A DNA stretch of 57,520 nucleotides, counting the filler, from Callorhinchus milii (lineage: Eukaryota), in the NCBI RefSeq assembly GCF_018977255.1. It is 2 parts of 2 records of this genome, joined end to end, with 100 filler letters (N's around TTAATTAATTAA, not from the genome) between each part and the next. Parts side by side here need not be neighbours in the genome. Positions count along the whole stretch, not along the records: positions 28,828 to 57,520 come from NW_024705668.1; 1 more part is not named here. One strand, 5' to 3'. Under the pieces are notes generated by a model. It had not been told where the DNA came from. It worked only from the letters and a program-made list of their open reading frames with translations, and did not search any database. Position numbers and translations under genes: made by a program. The stretch's first letter is position 1; each line of letters starts with the position of its first letter. Positions 34,849-48,242 of this stretch are shown in pieces.

Positions 34849-36604
34849 CTGTCGTTTGGTCTGATGGAGCAAAAGCAGTCAGCACAGCTCGGTACGGCAA
34901 GGCAACAATGCGACCAGCGTGCGTACAGCACGGATCGCACTGGAAATTTGACACAGCACCAGAGAACACACACAGGAGAGAAACCCTTCAAGTGCACTGT
35001 GTGTGTAAAGGCCTTTGCAAAGTCACATAATCTTGTAGTACACCAGAGAACACACACGGAGAGAAACACTTCAAGTGCAGTGTGTGTGGGAAAGCGTTTG
35101 CACATTCATCTACTCTTGTAAGACACCAGAGAATACACACGGGAGAGAAACCCTTCAAGTGCAGTGTGTGTGTGAAGGCATTTTCACAGTCACATAATCT
35201 TGTAATACATCAGAGAACACACACGGGAGAGAAACCTTTCAGGTGCACGATTTGCGGGAAGGCGTTTGCACATGCATCCGTTGTTCAGGCCCACCAGAGT
35301 GCACACACAGGAGAGAACCCCTTCAAGTGCAGTGTGTGTGGGAAGGCATTTTCACTGTCATCTGTTCTTAAAAACACCAGAGAACACACAGGAGAGAGAC
35401 CCTTCAAGTGCAGTGTGTGTGGCATGGCATTTTCACAGTCATATCATCTTAAAAATCACCAGAGAACACACACAGGAGAGAAACCCTTCAGGTGCTTTCT
35501 GTGCGGGAAGGCGTTTACACGGTCAGAACATCTTCAAAGACACGAGAGAACACACACGGGAGAGAAACGCTTCAAGTGCACTGTGTGTGGGAAGACATTT
35601 TCACGGTCATATTCTCTTAAAAAACATCAGAGAACACACACAGGAGAGAAACCCTTCAGGTGCATTCTGTGCGGGAAGGCGTTTGCAAAGTCACAACATC
35701 TTCAAAGACACCAGAGAACACACACGGGAGAGAAACCCTTCAAGTGCAGTGTGTGTGGTAAGGCATTTTCACAGTCACATAATCTTGTAATACACCAGAG
35801 AACACACACGGGAGAGAAACCCTTCAAGTGCAGTGTGTGTGGGAAGGCATTTTCACAGTCACATAATCTTGTAATAACCAGAGAACACACACGGGAGAGA
35901 AACCCTTCAAGTGCAGTGTGTGTGGGAAGGCATTTTCACAGTCACATAATCTTGTAATACATCAGAGAACACACACGGGAGTGAAACCTTTCAGGTGCAC
36001 AATGTGCGGGAAGGCGTTTGCACAAGCATCCGTTGTTCAGGCCCACCAGAGAACACACACAGGAGAGAAACCCTTCAAGTGCACTGTGTGTGGGAAGACA
36101 TTTTCACAGTCATCTGCTCTTAAAAAACACCAGAGAACACACACAGGAGAGAAACCCTTCAAGTGCACTGTGTGTAGCATGGCATTTTCACATTCATCTG
36201 CTCTTAAATATCACCAGAGAACACACACAGGAGAGAAGCCCTTCAGGTGCTTTCTGTGCGGGAAGGCGTTTACACGGTCAGAACATCTTCAAAGACACGA
36301 GAGAACGCACACGGGAGAGAAACCCTTCAAGTGCACTGTGTGTGGGAAGACATTTTCACAGTCATCTCTTAAAAAACATCAGAGAACACACACAGGAGAG
36401 AAACCCTTCAGGTGCATTCTGTGCGGGAAGGCGTTTACACGGTCAGAACATCTTCAAAGACACGAGAGAACACACACGGGAGAGAAACCCTTCAGGTCCA
36501 CTTGGCGGGAAGGCGTTTGCACATTCATCAAATCTTTAAAGACACCAGAGAACGCACAAGCATCAGAAGATCTGCAAGGAGTGGAGTCTGAAATCAGCTT
36601 GTGA
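34849..36604 (+). CDS. Tandem C2H2 zinc-finger protein exon (~20 fingers), frameshifted; possible micro first exon 32924-32935
   Basis: Repeated CxxC..F..L..H..HTGEKPF in three consecutive frames; acceptor TTTTCTGTCTACAG ending 34848; small deletions near 35060, 35370, 35876 and 36500. Confidence 0.92.
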
Positions 36605-38348
36605 AAGTCAAAGTGCCGCAATGAGCCCATCACTCATGAAACTAGAACCGGAGGAAAATCCCAGCTTGGACACTTAAAGGTATCGAGGTGAAATGTGAAG
36701 AAGTGATGGTGAAGAGCGAAGAAGTGAAGGTAAAATGTGAAGATGAAGATTAAACTGCAAAATGTGACCTTCACATTGATGGAGGCAACGTGAAGCAGGA
36801 GGAGAATTCTGACTGTGAGGCAGAGCGAGGCAACTCACAGCAGTTTGTGGAAGTGGAGGTGGACTTCCTAGACAATACAAAGTCAAATGGCGACCCGGTA
36901 GATGTGTCAGCTTGAGACGTCGCTCCAATAGATGCTCCTTTGTCACAGGCCTTTAATGAAGAACACGTTCCTTCGGAGTGGGCAGGTAGGAACTTGGTTG
37001 GACAGCGCATTCGTGCACGACAGACAGACACATAATCCCTGGTGGGCAAGTGTGGAACCTGTTGTTCCTACCTGTGTGTATAAAACTTGACTTTAGGTAG
37101 CCAGGCAGACAGCCCCCTTAACTATCGCCCCCCCCTCCCTTAGGCCCCTCCCCTGACCCTCCTCCCTTAGGCACCTCCCCTGACCCTCCTCCCTTAGACA
37201 CCTCCCCTCTCCGTACCCGGCAGTAGGTCTCCACCAATCAAAGAGCTGTTTATGTTATATATTTATTTATGCACGACAGACAGACAATAAATCCCTGGTG
37301 GGCAGTGTGGAACATTGTTCCTGCCTGTATAATGTGAAGTTGAACACTCAGTTCCTGGGTTCAACCTGCAGAGTAAGAGCGAGCGACCAGTCTTTGTGTT
37401 TCCCGTGGGTTGGGGAGATCCCTGTGTTACGATCGAAACTTCGTGGTCTACTATTATTTTTGCTACCTACATGACTTTACTGAAAGAACCAAAGAGTGTG
37501 TGAACAAGAGCCTGTCAGTAGGGGGGCGACGATGTTTCATCTCGGTTGTGTAATTTGTCGGTAATTTGTCGGTAATATTTAGAATTTGCTACATTTTGAC
37601 TCAAGACGCAAGCATGCAATGGCCTACTCGTTTTGAATGACACAATAGTATGTTTTACATCCACTGTTAAGCAGACGGTGCATAATTTTTTAAAATAGCT
37701 TAATACGATGTAACCTGGTGCAGTATATTTCACTGCAGTAATTACATTTTGTTAAAATGTAAAATGTCTTGTCAATAATTTAGAATGAACACTGATTTTG
37801 TGTACATGCATCATTTTATTTATGAGGGTCAAATATTGAATAAGTGATGTTAGGACAAAGTGTGTGTTTTTGGAAGTAACCTGTACAGATCACTCAGGTG
37901 AGACCCGTTGTTCTTGTGATACAGGTCAAAGGGTATTTTTGTGTTTCGGGAAGCATTTGTCTCTGGAGCAACTCATCGTCTTTGAAATAGGGAGCACGCT
38001 CGGATCATTCATCAGTTACAAGGCATACCGCTTAAAAATCACGTAGAGGAGATATTCTCTACAACACGAATTATAATTTTATATTACGTGTTGACGTTGA
38101 TTTTTTCAAACTATGACGAGAAATGCTCCTTGTTGATTAATGGCTGGATGTTCGTAACCACCAATAAGGGTCCACTGGTGGCTTGTACTGAATCAACGAT
38201 GCACTCCCAGAAGGCTGTGCTGTTTATGGTTTGTGTAAAACATTCCTTTGTTTCGTGGAGAGACCGATAAATGAATGACGTCTTGTCGATCTTTTTCATA
38301 TTTGTGTACATCGATGTCCCACATTGCTTACCACATGTTAACGTGTTG

Positions 38349-38730
38349 TGTAGTGAATGACGACACGGTTAACAATGAAGGTGGTAAGTAACACCAGGGG
38401 TAGGTGTCCTACACCGGGTCCTTCACGTGGACCCTTGGCTCTATCTGCTGCTAGCCTGGGCTGTCTCTAAGGGCTCTCACACTCGAGTCAGGACAGGGGT
38501 TCAGCCAACACCTTCCGACCAAGGAGAGCAGCACCTCCCGTAACTACAGCCGGCTTCTACACACTTCTTGAGCACTACCCCTGTGGCTGTCTCTTCGCCT
38601 CTCTTCAACCGCTCACCATCCCGGGCTCCCACAACGACCCCGCTTTCGTCACGGGGCCCCCCTTAAGTACCCCCAGGTGACATGACATCATCGCACCTCA
38701 GCGCGTATGACGTCATGCCTCCATACTACA
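38349..38730. mobile_element. Possible solo LTR
   Basis: Inverted termini TGTAGT...ACTACA about 380 bp apart; no clear TSD. Confidence 0.35.
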
Positions 38731-38744
38731 CTACACGAGCTCGA

Positions 38745-40460
38745 GGGCTGAATTTTGCAGTCGCCCCAAACACATCCCAGTGGATATAATTGCCCAGGTT
38801 GACGTAGCCCTCAAATGTTTGGGTCACATCCCAGCAGATGTGGCAAGATCTGAAATCGTCGCCATCAAAGATGCTAAGAAACCCATTAGTAACATCAGCA
38901 GGGACGGGCGCTCTGAACTCATTCAATTGAAAAAGAGAGATGACATTGTCATCCTTTCAGCCGACAAGGGTAATGCCACGGTCATGGATAAAACCACATG
39001 CAACAAAATTCAGGACCTTAATGATGGCAGTTATACCAAAATCAACAAAGATCCTACCAACTGCCTGGCTAAAAAACCCAACAATATCACTATCTCGACT
39101 TCTCTAATCGGACCGACCAAGCAGCTCTATCTAAAACCTTTGGCTGCTAGACCACCCAAAAATCCATAAAGAAGGTACTCCACTCTGTCCTATAGTTTCC
39201 ACCAACTCACCTACCTACAAAGTGGCCCGATTTCCATCTTGAGAGCGTGCTTCCATTCACGGGCAAGACCACCTCAGCAGCACTGAGCTCACTTGGTTTC
39301 TCTAATCAAGGACATTTCACTGTCTCCAGATGATTTGCTTGTCACCTTCGATGTAGTCTCTCTGTTCACCAAGATACCTGTACCTGACACCATTGCAATC
39401 ATTGAAGACTTGGTCCAACAGGGACTGAATCCTAATGTACCAACTTTGGTGAGGCACTGCCTTACCTTAAATGAAGGTACCCCTATGGGTTCTCCCTTAT
39501 CACCAGTGGTAGCGAATGTTTTCATGGAGAAATTTGAAACAAATGCTATCCTGACATCCACGCTACATCCTTCCCTGTGGAAGAGATGCGTAGATGACAC
39601 TTTTGTCATCTGGCCATATGGCCAGCCAGCACTGAACCAATTTTTCAACCACATCAATTCCATACAGCCATCAATCAAATTCACCATATAAGTGGAAAAT
39701 GATGGCAAGCTACCATTCCTGGATGTTTTGATCGAGAAGAGGCCTGATGGCTCGCTGGGACTTTCCGTCTGCTGTAAAGCCACCCACACGGATTCCTATC
39801 TAAAGCCTGATTCCCACCACTATCCGGCCCAGAAGAACTCCCTCATCAAAACTCTACACCATAGGGCCCGCTGCATCTCCCACCAGCGCCACCTAGCCAG
39901 TGGACTGGAGCACGTACACCAAGCCCTCAAGTTGAATGGATACTCAGACCGCACAATCCGCAAAGCTGTATCCTCAACCATGGGGAGACAACCATCTGAG
40001 GACCCAATCAAAACCATCACCTTGCCATACATAGCAGGTGTTACCAAAAAGATTTCCAAAATCTTAAACAAACACAAGATACAGGTCCGATTCAATACAG
40101 TACACAAAATCCACGATTTGATCCCATCTGTGAAGGATGTCATTCCTGACATGCAATACTCTGGTGTCTACAAACTAAGTTGTGTCTGCGGCAGCAGTTA
40201 CATTGGGGAAGCGAAACGACATGTCTCGGACCGTGTTTGCGAACACAAGGCAGATTTGAAACACGGCAGAACCAATACCTCTGCCGTGGCTGATCATTGT
40301 TATAACGCGATATTGTTTTTTTTCCGAAACCAAGGTACTCTGCAAACCTTTGGGCTACCATCAAAGATTTGTCCATGAAGCCATCCAGATATATAAACAA
40401 CATTTCAACTGAGAAGATGGGTATAAGCTGAGCAATTATTCTAAATACGTTATTAACCAA
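38745..40460 (+). mobile_element. Penelope-like retroelement (RT + GIY-YIG), decayed
   Basis: ADKGNAT, FDVVSLFT, GTPMGSPLSP, VDDTF, LPFLDV, GVYKLSCVCGSSYIGE..R..EHK..SAVADH; stops and frameshifts. Confidence 0.92.
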
Positions 40461-40789
40461 GCAAATTCGTAACTTGCTGTGGTGTATCTATTATTCCCTG
40501 CCGTTTGGCTGTTATCTCCGACTCTCTGAGTTGCATTGCCCTGTTGGGTGCCTCTGCATTAATGGGCTGGGGTCTCACTAACATGGACATCTCTGCTCCC
40601 TTAGCCTGAATGTATCGATGGTTCTGGCTGTGTGATGGGCTGTGTGTCTCACTGTCGCGACCACCATTGCGGTGGTTCTCTTGCGTGGACTGCTGCTGAT
40701 GCAGACTGTTTTAAAAGGTTTGAAATGGGTGTAGCCCAAGGGTCATAAAGAAGTGGCAGGGTCTAGTGATGTTAATGTGAGAAATTAAC

Positions 40790-41634
40790 ATTTCTCACAT
40801 CTCGGTAGACGTTTCTAGATCTGAAATTGCTGCTATCCTCAAAATCGCTAAGAACCCCATTAGCAACATCAGCAAGGACGAGCGTTTTGAACTCTCTAAA
40901 TAAAAAAAACATAGATGACATTGTCATACTCTCAGCCGACAAGGGCAATGCCACTGTCATCATGGATAAAACCACTTACAACAACAAAATTCAGGACCTT
41001 AATGATGGCAGCTATACTAAAATCAACAGAGATCCCACCAACTGCCCAGCCACAAAAACCAACAATATCATCACTAAATCAACTTCTCTAATCGATCAGA
41101 CCAAGCAGCGCTCTCTAAAACCTTCGGCTGCTAGACCACCCAGATTGTATGGCCTTCCAAAAATCCACAAAGTAGGTACCCCGCTCCGTCCTATCGTCTC
41201 CACCATTAACTCACCCACCTACAAACTGGCCCGATTGCTGTCTGAGACCCTGCTTCCTTTCACGGGCAAGTCCACCTCAGCTGTACTTAACTCAGCTTAC
41301 TTGGTTTCTCTAATCAAGGACATCTCAATGTCTTCAGATGATTTGCTTGTCAGCTTCGATGTAGTCTCCCTGTTCACCAAGGTACCTGTACCTGACACCA
41401 TTGCAATCATTGAAAACTTGGTCCAACAGGGACTGAATCCTGATGTACCAAATTTGGTGAGGCACTGCCTTACCAACACGTACTTCACCTGGAATGGTAC
41501 ATTCTACAAACAAAATGAGGGTACCCCAATGGGTTCTCCCTTATCGCAAGTGGTAGCGAATGTTTTCATCGAGAAATTTGAGACAGATGCCATTCAAACA
41601 TCCACCCTACGTCCCTCCTTATGGAAAATATATC
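40790..41634 (+). mobile_element. Second Penelope-like RT fragment, truncated at the Tc1 insertion
   Basis: ADKGNATVIMD, LYGLPKIHK, PLRPIVS, FDVVSLFT, GTPMGSPLS; similar to 38780-39580. Confidence 0.92.
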
Positions 41635-41636
41635 TA

Positions 41637-42433
<797 letters not shown>

Positions 42434-42650
42434 TGAGACTAGGCTCTAAGGAAAGCTGTCTCGGGTGTGGACCAATCAACTTCAAGGACAGTGCACATTA
42501 TCAGAGTTATGTCTTTTGTTTGTATTATGACTGCAGGTATTGTGGTCTATGCAAACATGGCTCCTCGTAAAAAGGTGTCAGTTTTGTTGCCAGATAGAAG
42601 GGTAAAAAACCAATTATCATATTTTTACTGGCAAATGAGGTTCCCATAGT

Positions 42651-42821
42651 GTAAACCCTAACCCTCTAAACACCTAACTCTCGAATCCAATCAACCCCTA
42701 ACACTCTAAACCCCTAAACCATATAACCCTCGAAATCCCTAAACCCCTTATCCCTGAAATAACCCAAAACCTCTACACCCGTAACTTTATAAATCACTAA
42801 CCCTCTAAACCCCTAACCCTT
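42651..42821. repeat. Degenerate telomere-like (AACCCT/AAACCCT) tract
   Basis: Many imperfect TAACCC/TAAACCC units. Confidence 0.6.
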
Positions 42822-42983
42822 TATGTGGAATGTGGTGGGGGGTGGGATCATGGGGTGGGTGGGTGCAGGGTATGTGTGGTGTGCGGTGGGTATCACAGGG
42901 GGGTGAATGGGTGCAGGGTGTGTGTGGTGGGTATGGTGATAGTGGTCGTGGTCCACAACGATCCGTGACCACCACCACCACCT

Positions 42984-45900
42984 CTACTGTGTGGTGGACC
43001 GGCCACCACACAGCAGCACGCGTCGGAGGAGTGAACGGATAGTTCTCCCTATGCGGGCCAGACACCCTCGCTTCCTCTTCTCCTCCTGCATCACCATCAC
43101 CTGATCCTCTTTCCTTGTCATCTCCTTCTCCTCCACCATCTTCTCCACCAATGTCTCCTCCACCTGCACCACCATCTCCTGCACCACCATCTCCTCCTCC
43201 TGCTCCTTCGTCCATACCTCCTCTGTATCCCCCCTCATCTCCTCTTCTTCCTGCACCACCAGCTCCTCCACCAGGGTCTCCACTTCCTCCACAACAACCG
43301 TCAGCTTCCATTTAGAGGCCTGGGCGAGCGCGGAGGATGGGGGCAGCGCCGGCTCCACTCTGTAAAGAGATGCGCACGACACCGTGATGGTGGGTTTAAC
43401 AACACACGTATATCTACGCGATCTAACCGAAACAAACCTGTATTATTAGTAATACTTCCGGTTTAATTGTGACTTGCCCCGGGCTCCACACCTCCCTATG
43501 GACTGCCTTGAACATTTGACAAGCAGATCGTGGCTTACCGTCGCTCAGCAGCTCCAAAACACTGTACACTGCCAGGAGTAGCAGTGGTGGTGGCGTTGCT
43601 GGTGGTGCTGGTGGCTGCGGTCCGGAGCCAGCTGTGACCCAGCGCCTGCGCTGGCGTCATGCGACAATCTGGATCCCATCTGTTGAGAGACACGGGGGTC
43701 ACACGCGGCGCACATGGTGAGAGAGGCGTGGTGAGAGCATTGACGTTCCTTCCTTCTTCCACGAGGTCCAGGAACGCACGGCAGCAGCGGTAGTCGTGGT
43801 AGCAGCGGAAATCCTTCAATACGCAGTACTCTAAAAATGCCCTGAGCCTCGCACTGCCGAGTAGAATCTTTAATGAACCTCCAAAGAGGGCGATTTCAAC
43901 ACCGGTAGTACTGGTCATCGGCAGGTTCACTCAGCTCCACATCTTCCTGCTGATCGGAGGAGAGCGATCGTTGATCACCTTGGTGGGGGAAATCTTCATG
44001 GGGAGGGGGTGGGGGATGATTCTTACCGCAGGCAGGAGCTGACGAATTCAACAAACTCCGGGTCGTGGCTTTTGAGTGCCCCGTGAAGTGACAAGCTCCC
44101 TGGCACCCTTCTCTTGACTGGGTAGAACATCATGCCCACACGATCTGCAGGAGACATGCACAGCAGGAGAGACACCAGTCACCAACCACCACTTTGCCCA
44201 CCTACCCACTTACCACCCACCCACTCTCCCACACACCTATTTACCCACCCACTCACCCAAGGAATTGAAAATACAAAGAGGCCCCCCCATGGCCACCCCC
44301 CCAAAAAAACTACAACAGCTCCAGGCCACACCCTAACACTGAATCCGGTCGGTTGCTCGCCCCACCCTTCAACTCACCAAAGTAGTGCATTCCGTCAGGA
44401 GCTACATCCATCATACATCTTGGAGGCAACCCGAGGATCTGCACTTGGTTGAGATAAAGGCAAAGGTCACCCGTGTAGCTGCAGCAGACTGTAGGGGCAA
44501 GTGCTTTTAGTAGTGAGTATAAACAGCAGCAACAGCAACGGTAATGCGAGTTTGGAATCAAACTCGCATTACCGGGTTTGCAGCTGAGCACGCTAACCGC
44601 TGCACCACTGCTTCCCCCACACGTACAAGACACACACGTGTACACACATACAACATACGATGGCTGCCATTCGCCAGGTCACCAAGTACCCAATCGCCCC
44701 CCCTCTCCTACCTCCCCCCCCCCCAGAGCCTACAACTTCAAGGAAGGAGCGGGGAATCACGAGTGGGTGAACGCACAGTTGGAAATACCTCCATGCAGCA
44801 CGGGAGGTGGTCATCGCGGCTGTCCGACTGCAATAATTCCCGGCCGGTCACCAACTCCGCCACCGTGCAGCCCAGTGCCCACATGTCCACTGCACAGGTC
44901 AATCTGTAGCCCAGCAATACCTCCGGAGATTGGAATGGCCGGGTCCCACCAACATGCAGAGCTGCACAACAATCACAACAACAACACATTTATATGTATG
45001 TGTGTACTCACTATGTCATGAATAGCATCGTTATCACACACTGTCACATGTACAGACACTAAGAGACTTGCACACACACTGGTACACAGTCACACCCACA
45101 CGCAGAAACTCACACCCAGGTGAGGTTACTCATGTTGACTTTTCACAAAAAAGCTGGTGCCAAAGTCCGTGACCCTGATGGTGCCGGTCACGGTGTCCTT
45201 GATTGGAACATTTTTCTAAAGGAAGAGAGGCAGAAGGAATTCACACTCGAAGGTTACGCCAATAGCTTTCAGCCAGCAGTGGATCAATCACGTACCACAG
45301 TACATACTAAACAGGGGAACTCGGTGAGGCATAGCGCCGTCGTCAACCTTTAGTCAAGTGCAACATTCCCTGTTTTCTGACAGCTGCCACTGGGGGTGCC
45401 CCTTTCAAATGCGTCAAGACGAGCGATGTTCGTCGAGGCTCATCACATGTAAAGCTCTCTGAAGCACCATCTCAGTAAAAGGGTGCGGCTCTATAGACAA
45501 CTTATCCTAGTTGCTCACAGCTGCCCGTTAACGAGTTACGAACCAAAAACCACACTCGAGGGCGCATGGATTTAGGAACGATTTGGGAAGTTTTCCATTT
45601 GTAATAAAGGACTCTCTCTCAGATGTCGATCTCCGTTGTCCTTTATTGGGTTCGTTGAATCTCAATACCACGGCGTCTCGCTCGGTCCCGCGTCCCGCTC
45701 GACGACCTCTCCACAGCCCTCAGCTGCTCCCGTTATACAGTCTCCCTGCTGCTCCGATATGCAGTCTCCCTGCTGCCCCGTCAGGCAATCCTTGCAGCCA
45801 CACCGCTGCCCCGCTATCTAGCGTCACTGCTGCCCCTTCCACAGCTAGCCTCTCACTGCTCCCGTTAGCTCTCTTCGTCTGACACCGATGGCTGTCGGTG

Positions 45901-47464
45901 TCAACGTCTCCCACCGCGTGGCGACCGCGCCACACTCTCCGTCTTTCCCAGCGTGGCCTCCTCGTGTTTCACTCCGTCTCCACCCTCCCTTCCCCTTCCG
46001 TTTCTCTCCCTAAATCCTCTCCCCCACGTGACCCTAACTCCACCCACTCCCCACGTGACCCAGACTCCGCCCCCCCTCAATCCTTGCTCGCATTACACAT
46101 TCACAGCATGGAAGCCGACAATGGGCACCTGTCAGTTCAAAAGCGTGTTTGGCACGTTTTGAAAATCATTCTTTTCGGCTCCGGTTTGTGTTTCCCAAAG
46201 TTTGTGGCAACGCTGTGATCTACATTGCTGGTTTTCTCTGTGGTGAGTCCCCCAATAGCGACACGACTCTACACGACAGTTTAATTCATACCGGATCATC
46301 ACCAGAGGTAACGTGACCCTGTCTCCTTCCAGATAGACGGACAGAGCTAACACATCGACCCTGTGACCAACGTGGGCGGTTTTCTCTATGGTCCGAGTCC
46401 CCAATAATGACACAACTCCGGAACAAAGTCCCGCTGAATGCTGTGTCCACTCACTGGCTTGATGTCCGCATGGATGATGCTCCTGGCCTTGGTGTGGCAA
46501 AGGAACTTGAGTATGCCCCTGGTGTAAGTTTTCACCATCCCCATGTGCAATTGCCGGAGCCCTGCTTCCGAAATCACATCATGGAGGCTCTCCCTGTGAA
46601 AGAGGCAGAAGCAACAATTACAACAACGACGCAGTGTCAGTGTCATACCCTGCAATACTGCGTGGATTATGATAACGACAATATTAATATTCTATTTGCA
46701 CATTCACGACTAATACGAGTCATAGTTCCGTGTGGGTTTAGGTCATTGGTTTGCTGATAAACCGAATCAGCTAGCACATCTGACCACTTGCTTTCATTGG
46801 CTTTGTTTCCGGGTGGTGGAGTTATCTATTAGGAGATACAAACTCCATGTAGAAAGGCGTCCGTGCTGAGACTCAAACTCAGGGATTTTCACCGAGGGGC
46901 ACAAGCGTCACCACTGCGCTGCGGCCAACCTGCTGATCGAGTGGAGGTGTGGCTATATAAAAGTGGGCGGCGCTGATTGAGAAAAGAGGAGTGGCCTCTA
47001 GTGCACCTGGGGGCTTTGATCCTGACCCTGACGCATGTATATTCTGAGTTTGCATGTTCTCCCCCTGGTCACGTGGATTTTTCTGCGGGTCCTCTGGTTT
47101 TTCCCTCCACATTTAGAAACATGTGTTTAGAGTATTTGGCTGCCATATATTTCCACATCAGCCACTTTTTTTAGCTATCATTTGTAGCCAGGCCGCTTGT
47201 GAAAAATAACTAATCGGGCAGTGGGCTTTACCTGCTAAATAAAATAGTTTTTGTTTAGCTAATGACGTTAACCACGCTATGGGGGGTGGGGGGGCGGTGC
47301 GAACACATGGTACGTACTTCAACAGCTCCAGGACAATGCAGTGGTGTCCTCTGAAGTCAAAATGGTTCAGGACTTTGACGACGTTGTAGTCCGCATCACT
47401 GCCCTCGCCCTGAAGTTCCAGAGCCATCTTGATCTCCATTCTCTGAGATGTATCACGCTTGGAG
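42984..47464 (-). CDS. Divergent DYRK-family (DYRK4-like) kinase, partial; exons 47464-47318, 46593-46455, 45215-~45130, 44961-44789, 44438-44378, 44144-44027, 43679-43539, 43359-42984
   Basis: NVVKVLNHFDFRGHHCIVLELL, IIHADIKP, VTDFG, SPEVLLG..VDMWALGC..AEL.TG, ILGLPP, FVEFVSSCLRWDP..RMTPAQAL.H.WL; GT-AG boundaries with matching phase except after the DFG exon; Glu-rich tail. Confidence 0.85.
47005..47125 (+). mobile_element. V-SINE-like fragment in kinase intron
   Basis: GACCCTGACGC..TATATTCTGAGTTTGCATGTTCTCCCC..CGTGGATTTT..CCCTCCACATTTAGA, same family as 33600-34642. Confidence 0.75.
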
Positions 47465-48242
47465 CTGTGCAGAGAAAATCCACAAATGAATCATGACTTA
47501 GACTTGCTTAAGGAATGACCAGAAACAAATTATATTCAGAATTAAATAATTATACGTTCCCCAAGTGTAATGTCATTGTGAGTTCCAGTAGCGCGCTCAT
47601 GGAAGGTTCCAGAAAGGATAGGGAAGAGGATAAAATAAGCAAGGGATAGAGGGGGGTTTGAGGTGCTGTCTTAACGTAGTGATTCCCTAATGTGTGAATT
47701 GAGCCGACTCCGAGCATGGCCCCAGCCACACTCAGGATTTCCAGGAGCTGAGCCAAGCCACGGCTGAGCCACTCGTGTATCTTTATCAGCAGCTGAGTGG
47801 CTCAAGCCTGAGCCCAATCACGGCTGAGCTGGAGCTGAGCCTGAGTTTTAGAGACTGAGCCATAGCTGATTCGTGACTGAATGTGGCTCTCACAGAGCAA
47901 GGCATTATAACGTGGAACATCATGGGACCTCCTTTGCCAATACCAAAATATGAGAATAGATTTTCCCCTTTTTCCTTGCAACAAAACAGGTGTTAAGATG
48001 TAAAAAAAAAACTGAAACCTTTACAAGGAATCATGTCTGAATTAACCACAATACTTGTGGTCAGTATGCAAACAAAAAACATACTCTGATAATATATGCA
48101 TTGTCTTTTAAACTGATTGGTCCACACCAGAGAGCTTTCTGTTGAGTCTAGTCTCAAAACGGTGTTAAACCAGAGGACGCCAAAAGGCGTACAGCACAAA
48201 GACGAGCACATTCAGAGGAATGAGAGCTCGGGGTGAGCAGCG

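Noticed and set aside
35266..36539. Overlapping [13 protein letters not shown]s
   Set aside because: Shadow reading frames of the zinc-finger repeat
42805..43315. Gly-rich and Pro-rich ORFs
   Set aside because: Alternative frames and antisense of the kinase Glu-rich terminal exon
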